A DNA stretch of 64,000 nt from positions 8,670,213-8,734,212 of the forward strand of contig OZ234493.1 in assembly GCA_965153455.1 (NCBI GenBank). The letters are read 5' to 3'. A model generated the notes under the pieces. It searched no databases. It was given only the letters and a program-made list of their open reading frames with translations, and was not told the origin of the DNA. Shown here one piece after another: positions 53,203 to 64,000 of the stretch. The position numbers and the translations under genes were made by a program. Position 1 is the first letter of the stretch. Each line of letters starts with the position of its first letter. Source of the DNA: Sphagnum compactum (Eukaryota).

Positions 53203-56200
53203 TCAAAACAGAGGATAAGTGGAAGGAAAGCGGATAGAGAGCCATTTGCGCTCATAAGCAGCCCAATGAGACCACCCGAGTTCTTCCAGAAGCTTGATAC
53301 GAAGCTCAAAAAATTGTTTTTGGGGCGGCTTGCTCTCATCTTGGATCAGGTCATTAAGTGTCTGTCACCAGACAATCAAAATGTTAACTGAAGTCAGCAG
53401 AGGAACAATGTGACAATTGGCAACTGAGGAGATCTAGAGCCAAATGATCAAGAAGTTGCAGCTTTCAGGTTGGAAGGCTCTCTCTTTGAGATAACAGACT
53501 CTGAGCTCACCTTCAGCGCCTTCCCAAGGTAACCAGCACGCTTCTCCCTTCTGACAGACAACATGAGATATTTGGGTGACCCTGTATCAGCCCATTTTCG
53601 CAATTCTGCATAGGTCTCTTCAACTTCATCTGATTGTTTCACTGGGACTTGACCATTCTCTTGGTCCACTGCAGGGGTTCCTGACTTGATGCCCTCACTC
53701 TTCCCATTTTCCTCTCCATTAGAGCCTGGAAAAAATAGCAATCTCCCCCAGAAAAACATTCAATGTCACTTGAAAGTTAAATCATGGTGAGTTTTGTCAC
53801 ATTCATTTTTGTGGTGGGTACAGAGGAACCCTGACTGAAGAAAGTGGCTGATGCTTCTATGAAGCACATTATCTTACCTGTTGCTGAATCCAGGTGTGAA
53901 GGTCCTGACAGAGCATCTGGTTCCTTCTCTTTCTGCATGTGAACATTCACACTTTAGTTCATTTTAATTTCCAATGAAAGAGTGTCAAACAGCATCCTCA
54001 CTAAAATAAACGCAGATGTGAAAGGGGCATCCTGCTTGAGGTTAGCTGCAGAGGGAAATGAGGGTTCTTGCTAAACAAAACCCAAAGATAAGAAAGAATG
54101 CAATGAGGATCCTGCTTATATGACAGGCTCTTTGCTTGAAATAACAAAGTATGCAGATATCAGAGTAGATCTGCAAGTTCATTCCACTGTAAGTTAGGCA
54201 GTGACCAAAGGGCTACGGCAAGGGCTAGTGACATCCTCGAAATGTTGGACCTAGAAGCAAGTGAAAAGGTGTTACTCATGTTAGCTCCAGATGCCAACCT
54301 CATGACATTCGATCAAGCACACAAAGATGACAACTAAGGTGGACAAGAGGAACAAAGGATCACTCTTACTGCAGACTCCTCTTGTTGGATTAGGGCAAGG
54401 CCTTTCCTGTACAGAGCATCAGCCAAAGCATCACGCTGCTTCTCCATTTCCTTCCTAACTTGCTGCATGTTGGCACAAAGTGAGTATCTGTTATCCAATG
54501 TTTCAAGATATTACACAGAGGAAGACGAGATCAGATGGCATTAGCTAGAGACAATAAATGCAAGAACTTGGAAGCAGGAAGGCAAGAGAACTGAAAGTAC
54601 CGCTGCATCAGGATCTTCAGCTTCACTCTTCATTGAGAAATGTCTGGCAAGTGAGTCTGTCTCTACAAGACTAATAACTGCATCAGCTGCATCAATCACC
54701 TGTGACCCACAATGTTCCCATTGCAGACAGCACTAAATGAAACTTCCTAACTGCATGCCCCACATAATCCTTTCATGAGTACCATATCTACTGTTGTAGG
54801 ATACTACACCAGTAGCCCTAACAAGCTAGAACAATTTTGGCTTGAACTACTAGCCATGCAATTGGCAGCACTCCAGAGAGGTCAAATTGGTTCCTCTTTT
54901 GCAATACAAGATTAGAAAGCAGAACCCCTGAACAGACCTCCACATAGAAGTATAATGAGGTGTAGTATTTCAAGTTAAGCCAGATTGAAAAAATGAAAAC
55001 TTTCATGGTTGAACTTGCAGTCCACAAGCCCAGTTTGTCAGTGGTACATTTGAGGAGCCAAATTTTATTTCTGATTGGTAACACTCCCACTTGATATGAT
55101 AGGATGAGTTGAGGACCTTTTCTAAGCCAAATTTTGGTTCTTCTTTCCCTTGGGCACCAGCAACTTTTTGCAAAATCTCCACCATAAGCTGCAGATGTGT
55201 TGGGTACTCAGACTGCACGCAGTGAGCAAAGTGAGGTCAATTCATAGTTAACACACTACAAAGAATGACCTCATGTACTGTCCATCAACTAAAATTCCTG
55301 TGTTGCAATTTTGTACTGTAAAGATGTTGAAGGGCTTGAAATGCAAGTTTTTAGGTGGACACCATGAGTCCACCCAACATCATCATCATAACAGCTGCCT
55401 CTCCAAAAGGGTAGAATATAGCTTAAGAAAGCCATAAGTACCTTCAGAGCCACAGCAAGCTTCTCCATTTCTTCCTGCTCTTCCTTTGTTGACAACAGTA
55501 AGCTCAGCAACACTTTGATCTTTGCATCCCTTACCTTCACCCACCATTGTTTCATTCTCACTCTGCTTGAAAGAACTAATGCTTTCTTGACATATCAGAA
55601 AACAAAAACATGGAAGCAAAGAAGAAAGGGATAGGGAAACAAATTCCAGAACAATACTTTTGTTCCAATATCAGGAGTTACTAAAATCCAGCTGAGGATG
55701 GAAAGAGAATTTGACATGCAAGTTACAACAGAACCAGTGACTTTTTGGTAAAGTAGTTACCTCCTCCTCCAGTGTTTGTGATGTGCTTTTCTTTTCAGAC
55801 CGTTTCTCTGTTGCTTTATCTTTTTCATCTGCCTGGTGCCAAGCGAATCACTACATTCAGACCTCATGTTCAAAATCTCCACAAAAGCAGGGAACTGATT
55901 GTGTATTGAGGAAAGGCAGACAAATTATTTTTGAAAAGACAGTCCAATATGTGTTGATGAGTTGTCACTGGTCAGATTTTTCAATGAAAAGACCTGCAAA
56001 AGAAATTGGGCTGATCTCTCCTTGAACAGGTTGTTTAGATCTACTCCTGTATCTCTGTAGGGAAGGTGTTCAGGTTGCAAACCTTGACAGGTGGAGGGAC
56101 CACAAAAGAAAGCTGGTATTTGGCAGGACATGCAGTCCCTCCATTTCCTTTACCTTGACCATTTCCAATTGAAACTTTACCATAGGTTATTCTACCGATC

Positions 56201-59200
56201 AAAAGTGATCCCAAAGTAGCATCCTGTAAATGATTAAACCATACATGAGAAAAGGAGAGTGACAATTTTTTCTGACATGCTCCATTCTTCTGCTCTCCTA
56301 GCATTCCACTAATGATGCAATACCATCAGCAATTCAAACAAACCAGTTTTGAGTTATGTTCCTGTATCACTGCCCTTGTTCATTCCCCTGTACCACTCAC
56401 CCCATAGAGCTCACCATTTTCTATTGCAACAATCAATAGATTGGCCACAGCAGAATAGACACACTTGCAACAAATAGGGCAAAATCAACAGGTGCCTGAA
56501 ATGGGCACTCAACCTTAGGTATCTTGTCATCAGGTGGAGCAGCAATATAGAAAGGTCGTAATTCCCTGCAACAGCATCATCAAAGTGCACCCCAATAAAG
56601 AATTGACCCTTGGAAGCACCTCAAGCACCTTATCTTTATTGAGCCAACAACAATCTGATCTAATTTAGTGCTGGACATACAGCCTAGAATTAGTATTAAC
56701 AGAGCATGCAACAAAGAAGCACCATAAGATGGCATTCAGAAGGTCATCACACATCCTCATTTCTATACCACCACAGACATCATTCACAGGTTTAGAAGAT
56801 TACAGTGGATAACTTACCCAGATGCCAAGAGAGCATTTTGGAATGGGTCACCACCAGTGATGGCACCATCTAGATATGAATAGAATCCAAGCTTGATCAC
56901 ATTCTGTTGGTCATGAAGAACAACAACATAACCAAAACCTAAGATTTCAATATATGTTTCAGTCCGGAATGAGATCAAACTTATTGCCTGTATTTGACTT
57001 AAGGGAAAAGATAAGAGGAACAGTGGTAGAAAATGGACAGTCAGCAGCTCAGAAGAAACTGTAATAAGGAATGCAGGACAACACCTTCTCTTCTAGATGG
57101 CGGTCAAGCAGCAGAACAGCCTTTTTCAATTTCTCAAGATAAGCCACGTTGTCATGCCTGCCACAATGTCACAACACCAATTTTCAAACAACCAAACTTA
57201 GCCCTCAAATGTGCAATAAAGAGTCATCGTACTACCTTTGGTGGAAGACTTATGTGTCAATAGCTGGACATGCTGCAGTAAAGTCATCTAAGGTTGGTTA
57301 AATCTCCAAATAAAGCTTAAAACCAGATTTTGTCACACATTTGTCTTCTTCCTGTCAAAGTTGATGTGATTGCTGAGTGCCAAAAAATTGCAGTATAGTG
57401 GAGCAAAGCCATTTGAATTTGGTAATTACTGGATATACTCAGATATGAGCCACATTAGAATCCACTCCATATATATCCCTACATTCACCCTCTGCTCTTG
57501 AATAGGTCTTCTTACTTAAAGCCATCAGGCTGTGGCATGCCTAGCCCAGAAGGTAGCCTCATAAATATCAAGACACAGTACCTTGAGAATGTGCATTTAG
57601 TGTTGAGAAAACCACCTAGAAATAAGACCAGATTAATCTATTATCAACTAACTGAATTGGATGATTGGAATAGCTATGCAGAGCAAATTCAAGCACCTGA
57701 TATGTAATATAAGAGTGTAATCGCCTTTTGTGAGTTTCACACTTTCTGGGTACACATCCCCATATAATAGAACCCGCTGCAGCCAACCATACTAAAAGTG
57801 AGCAAGACATGCCTTTGCTACTCTGTGAGATCAGAATTTGCTCAGTGACCAAAACATGGTAAGGTCACATAGCTCTCTTCTATAAGCTAATCCTTGTTGG
57901 AAACCTCTTAGACCTTCAGACATTAAAGTTCTTCAAACTGCAATGGCTACTTTGTTCGGCACACAAAGTTGACCAGACAACAGGTAAAAATCAAGAGTGT
58001 GCACATGAACCAAACCTTGTTTGAATCACACAGCATGAGAAATTGAGACTCCATTTCAGACTCATACATACGGTCATTCAGCAAAGGAAATCGTGGGGTG
58101 ACTTTCCCTGCTTCTGTCAGAGTGAACTTGTACCTGCGTATTGTTCAACAGTCCAGATCATGATATATGAACCTGTAGACTTGATGCACATTTCTAGAAC
58201 ACAGATTTTCAAAGCCCATAAAAGTACAATGAGAAGATTGTCAGTTGATAGCAGTTTGCAAGTTCCAGATGATGTCAGGGGAAAGAGCTCACTTACGTCA
58301 AGGTCAGACCATGTATTTGGCGACCATCAGATAGCTTATCTCTCCCTGCTGACAAAGGCTCTAGCTTCATTTCCACTGCACGATGAGGTGTCCGAACCTG
58401 CCCAGACCAATACAGTACAAGTTACAATGATTAGCTCTACAGAAGAAAATATCCTCACAAAAAATGGCCTTTACGCGAATATTGAATAGACCAACAGAAA
58501 TGGAAGCAACAATCATTAGAACATGAAAAGTCAGTCACTGCAAATATGTAACAAAACTATGACAAGAATTTTAGGAGGCAGAGTCTGACTACTAGGCAAG
58601 AATGGACCCACTCTTGTTTATTTCCTTCCTCAAGAAAAATCAACATCACCTTATTAAGGATTGCAGATGGAGACAGTTCCTCTGTTGTTAATGCTGCCTT
58701 GACATCAATACGTGTTGCTCCCTCACTCCCATTGACAAGTATCTCTGTGTGTGAAGCCAGGAGGCCATGAAATTCAATCTGATCCACAGAAGAACAAACA
58801 GATTACACACATTCTTGTTCATCACTAGCCCCTAGACTCTGATATGCCCACCAGAGATGGAAACATCATGAACTTCTTATTGTGTAGTCATGTTTGTTAC
58901 AGAATAATTGTGTTCTAATCCACTTAATGGTGGCTACTGAAAGTTAACTGGACCAGCAAAAGTTGCCTGGTCAATTTTGAGGATATGGATGAAACAAACC
59001 AAATCTTGGTCAAAACATTAGGACTTCTCGACAAGATTGCAGACAAATCTCCATAACAACTCTTTGAAGGCTTTCATGTGTCAGTTCTGGCAACACCAAA
59101 ACTAACACAACAACAAACTTATGATGGTCATAAACTTATGAGTGTCACACCCAAAGTGTCAAAACTCCTTTCCCTCATCGTGCATAGCAGTCATGCACTG

Positions 59201-62200
59201 CCATGAGTCCCGACTGACTTCATGAGCTCCCAATGGTGGGATGTAGATAAGTATACAACCATCCATCCTTCTGGCAAACCACACAAACATTTTGACATAA
59301 GACAAAGAAATAATACCTCAATGTCTGCCAAAGCCACTGTCTGACTCCCACTTCCACTTGACCAAAACTGGGCGATTGTCAGCTCCATAGTCAGTCCTCC
59401 TTGGAGTGGAAATGCAAATGACATGGATGAAGGCCCTTGGAATGTGACAAATCTCTCCCACACAACAGGCTTCTTCATTGGAACAAGCTGTAATGACAGG
59501 TGGTGCTCAAAAACTATACACAGCAGAAGAACATGAAAAAAATGTGAAGGAAATGCTTGCACCACTTTGTTCTCTCCCCAGGGTACTACTCACCTCAATG
59601 TGCACAGATGCAATTTTCAGCAACGAAAGCCAGCTCTTTCCCCAAAACAGTGATCACTCTGAGTAACAACATTTCAGGAAGAAACCATGTGTCACCCTCA
59701 ATATCTAAATCCAGGGATTTCAGGAGATTGGTAGAGTAAGAGACCTGGGCAGCATTGATGAAAAATTTTCGTGGTGTGTCAAAGCCTCCCACTCGCAGTG
59801 TGGCTTCTGCCCAAGTGGTGCCTTCTGGAACAGCTATAAATCTTCGCTCTACCTGGCCTGCTTCCACTTACTTAGTTATAAATGAAAAACTTGCATGAAA
59901 CATTGAGGAGGTATTGTCAGTCTGCAATAAAAGTTAATGCAACTAACCAAGAGCAAACACCCTATGCTTCATTTGTCTTTCCACACAACAGCACCATCAC
60001 ATGGTCATACAAAACTACACAATGGAGATTGCACCTTGGCTTGGATTTCAGTACCACAATCTCATCTGTAGGGTTAAAGTCAGCAGATGAAACCATGGAT
60101 CATTGATCAATCCACTTAATTGACAAGTGATTACTCCACATAAAAGCAACTACTTGTGAAATTATACCTGGAATAAAGGACAACTTGGAGAATGAAGCTA
60201 ATGGTGGAGTTGCCAACAGTTCAATAGGCTTGACAACAGTTACAGGTATTCTGAAAATTGGTCCTCGCCATGGAGCCTCACAATCAATACCCACAACCTC
60301 CGCATAGTGCAATCCTTCATTTAGGCCTGTGGGATCTACCACGATGCTACTCCACACACAGGACACACTTGGTCAACAGAGGCAAGGGTGCCCATTTCAT
60401 TGCTCATTTGCATAATCCTTGTGACAATATGGAAAAAATCTAGGTGTTCAATTTCTATAAGAGTTCCAGAAGCAACAGGAAGACTTGGTCAGGCTAGCAC
60501 TCAGGAGACATAGTTGTTCCCTGACACCAATTGTGACTATATATGATTTTGCCATAAGTGGGTTCTGGGAGCAAAAAGTACTTGAATTTGCGTCCATTGT
60601 AGGTGAGAAGCAGATACTCAGGGCATTTGATCCATGAATGGCCTCCAGTCTCCAGTCTCACATTTTCTTCAAACAGGACATGAACATCAAGTTTGTCCGC
60701 ATCCTCATGAAACTTCGGTTTTACTTCCACAGCCCACTTCCAGACATGCATGCAAGTAATATCATCAATGAAGGACCTACCAGCATTTTGCATAGAAGCT
60801 CTTCCTGTAGGTGAACAGACTTCTACATTTTGGACTAAATAAGACTTCTTACATTTACAGTGCTGCATCAAGGAGAAACCTCCCAGGCTTTTAGAGCTTT
60901 CTCAAGCATGTGACCTCCCACAGATATATACCTCACTTGCTCGTCGACAATCATGTGTCTCACGCAAATAAACTCCTCGTTGTATTGCCCCTGTTTCCAC
61001 AGATGCACTCCAAATCAATTCAGTTTCAACAAGTAGAAAAAATACTGAATAATAAGAAACCTTACAAAAACTCCCTTTTGACAAAACTCCCAAATCCTCA
61101 ATCATGAGTCTCTGGATATGCACCTGACTTAGGACCTCGGCTCACTTCAACATCGTACCAAACAGATGGCTTATCCTTGCATTTTCGGAGATACTCATAA
61201 GCCCTGTGCATACAATAGGTCTCATCTTATTAGTTTAAAAGGTGTTAACAACAAAAAGACAATGTGTTGAACAGCTTACAAAGTTACCTGTCAACTTGCA
61301 AGAGACCCCGACCTGTTGTCAGAGCTTCCTCAGCCAGCTTACTCACAGGGGCTGCTGTGTTTTCCAAGGCTTTCCTCACCACATGAGGACTGATTGCCTG
61401 CCCTTCTGCCTGAGCAACACAAAACATCACAACATTACAAGAACATTATCCACAGTGCCAATAGAGAAAGAAAAATCTTTACACAAATCAAAATTCTATT
61501 ATTGCTGAACCTAGAATTCTCTGCTCCACCCTCAATAGGGCAAAACTCCAAAAGAAGGGGCTAATAACACTCACATGAAAAAGTTGAACCCTAGCAGGAT
61601 ATCAATATTATTCCAAGCAAAGAAGAAAAGACCAATGAAGTTCCACCTCAGAACATAAGACTGGAAGGGATCCTTGACTTCTAAAATAGAAAAGTACAAG
61701 AGATTCAGAGTTTACAACTGCTCACAAGACTTTCCTTGAATTAATCTTTGGCATTAGACAGGGTGCCATTTGTCAATGGACAACCAAGTTGGGAAAAAAT
61801 GAGATAAGAATATGGAAGCCCCACCTTCATAGAGCTTAAAACAAGGGCTATACCCCCACATGCACAAGGAGACGCCATTGATGTGCCATTCATGAGCATG
61901 CGGGGCTGAAGTGTCCATTTCGGCACAGGTGCTATGGCACCTCCTGGAGCACTCAAGCTTACTCCTAAATCTCCATCTGCAGTGGGCCCTCGGCTAGACC
62001 TAACAGAAAGCCATGTTGAATTCTTTTGTCAGATAGCTGAAAGATCCTTGACAGTCTTCACTTGCAATAAAATTTCAAGAAAACAGATCATGATTAGACT
62101 CAGAGTGCAAACAGAATTTAAAGGTTTGTCTTAGAGCTGCATTGCATTGTCACAAAGACCTAATGGAGGCAAAACTGTCTATGACAGCCATTACACAACA

Positions 62201-63666
62201 ACAACATCAACATCAACAAGAATGCCATGCAAGGCATCCCAAGTGGTCAGCAGCAGTAAACAACACAGAAGAAAGTTAACAAATATTCCTGAAGGTATCC
62301 ATTCTTGCCGGCTATAGGTATTCATTAGGTCTCAGTTGAAGTACTTAGGAAACATTACACTGCATCCTCTACAAATTGGTGAACTCAAACTCTGAGTGGA
62401 GAGGAGTTGTCTTACCAAGTATACTGAATGCCCTCCACAAGAGGTTCAACCAAAGAGTGAGCTGATGCTGCCATTGCAGGGGACACAAAGGCCCCTATGC
62501 CCAAGATGCTTGTGGATGTGCCACCTGGTGCACCAAGAGTAGTCAAAGATGGTCCATTATTCCCCGCACTGCTCACAAATATCACCCCATGCTTGTTTAC
62601 AACCTGAAAGTGTCAACACTAACAACTCAGGAAGAGTGTTTGTCTGTTCACATGTATCCAAAGAATTTATTGTCAACAATAGCTCTTAAAACCTTTTGAT
62701 TGAACATCTACTAAAATATCTGCATGATCTATCAGGTTTTGCTCTTGCCTCATCAGCAAGCTGAATAAAACGGCCATAATCAGGCATTGAGGTTGGCTCC
62801 CCGTAACTCATATTGATAAGATCACACTTGTTCTGCACACCCACACAGCAAAAATTGTATGTTGAGATGTATTCTTCGAGTGCACCAACCCTTCAACGTC
62901 CCATGTTTGATTGCAGGCCTTGGTGTTACTTGTAACCTCCAAACAAAGAAAATATCACTCTGCCCCTACTTACAGGGTCTAAGAGGCATATTTGGACTTT
63001 GAAAACAACACTATCGAGTCAGAAGCCTCTATGTTGAAATAAATACCATATGTAAAGTGTAACAATCACAGTATGACCATAATGACTATTGATGGAGCCC
63101 CAGCATTGCAGGGCCATACAAACACATAAATGAAATAACCTCTACTTAAGTACTCAAACCATTAAACTGTACCTCGATAACTGCTATGATAGCACGAGTG
63201 AGACCAGTTCCTGTTTCCATCCCTCCCAGTCGAGAGTCACCAATCTTACATGAAACAATCTGAGCTCCTGGTGCCACTCCATTCAGTAGTGGCTCCTGAC
63301 CACCAAGCACTTATGCACATAAGTATTAAACATTTAGCTCTTGAACTTTTGTAGCTTTGTGCACCTCTTGTACCCCCTGCAGTAAGGGAGCAGGAAAAAA
63401 GTTTTTTGACAAAGGACAAGTAGAACTTAAGTGATCCATCTACTGACTGACTTGGGATTAAGGATTTATCTGTGACCCAAGCAAGGTGGTTTTTTTCCAA
63501 AAGATGAAGACATACCTCAGGATGGTGGGCAGCAGTGATACCAGCCACATGGGTGCCATGAGGTGAGCTGTCAGTGACAATGCTCAGCACATTGCCATCA
63601 TCAAAGACATTCAAGACATAGCTGCATGCATCCATCCGGCTGAAGAATCCATACTTCCGTTCTATC
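53203..63666 (-). CDS. TPP2: Tripeptidyl peptidase II (subtilisin S8 family), 3' portion; 5' exons lie beyond 64000
   Basis: More than 20 exons, e.g. 63666-63516 ([12 protein letters not shown], catalytic His), 63295-63173, 62832-62749 ([11 protein letters not shown]), 62603-62416 (SSAGNNGP), 61999-61825 (MNGTSMASP, catalytic Ser), [41 protein letters not shown]; last exon [29 protein letters not shown] with stop at 53205-53203. Confidence 0.96.
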
Positions 63667-64000
63667 CTGCACACATTTATGATCATGGGCTCTAATGAAG
63701 AGACAAACACATGCATTTCTACAGTAGAAGAATCATCATGTTGCCCTTAACTGTGAAGATCCTTCAACACTCAGGAAGCCACATAACAAGTTGGAGAGTA
63801 CATTAGGACAATATGAGAACAGGATTCACAAACTCGCATATTTGTATTGATGAACATCAGACAAGGCAGGTGACCAGACAAAGAAAGGAAACAGAAAGAA
63901 TGAAAGAAAGAAAAAGAGACAAGAAAACAAGTGTCCCCTTGATAATTGAGTAGCATTTGATTAAACAAAAACATGTGGACTCTCAGAACCCTACACCAAT

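Noticed and set aside
57190-57270. Possible corrupted or duplicate TPP2 exon
   Set aside because: The expected exon ([27 protein letters not shown]) is intact at ~57777-57698, so this stretch is intronic.
14183-63666. Functional gene cluster (F-box and TPP2 proteolysis plus a peptide transporter)
   Set aside because: Thematic link only; no shared regulatory signal seen, and adjacency in a plant genome is weak evidence.

Overview
Eukaryotic (land-plant) nuclear DNA with spliceosomal multi-exon genes separated by AT-rich, TE-derived sequence. The repeat style and a moss-like plastid atpF fragment suggest a bryophyte, possibly Sphagnum (inference). Four genes: ubinuclein (UBN, HIRA-complex H3.3 chaperone; +, ~14183/14464-23444), an NRT1/PTR (NPF) transporter (+, 40777-44377), an F-box protein with an Fbs/FBXO2-type FBA domain (-, 50088-48556), and the 3' part of tripeptidyl peptidase II (TPP2; -, >64000-53203). 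The most striking structure is at 3.2-11.2 kb: a pogo/Tigger transposon nested in a non-autonomous hAT-like element, both split by a ~6.6 kb inversion that can be reconstructed from three independent marks. Also present: a mosaic plastid insertion (trnV intron + rpoB + atpF) beside a non-autonomous Helitron just downstream of the F-box gene, a decayed hAT transposase, Tourist-like MITEs and several tandem arrays. I found no new multi-gene system. The best candidate for new biology is the animal-type FBA F-box protein, which lacks the canonical glycan-binding aromatic pair. Exon boundaries were read by eye from GT/AG signals and remembered protein similarity; no searches were run.
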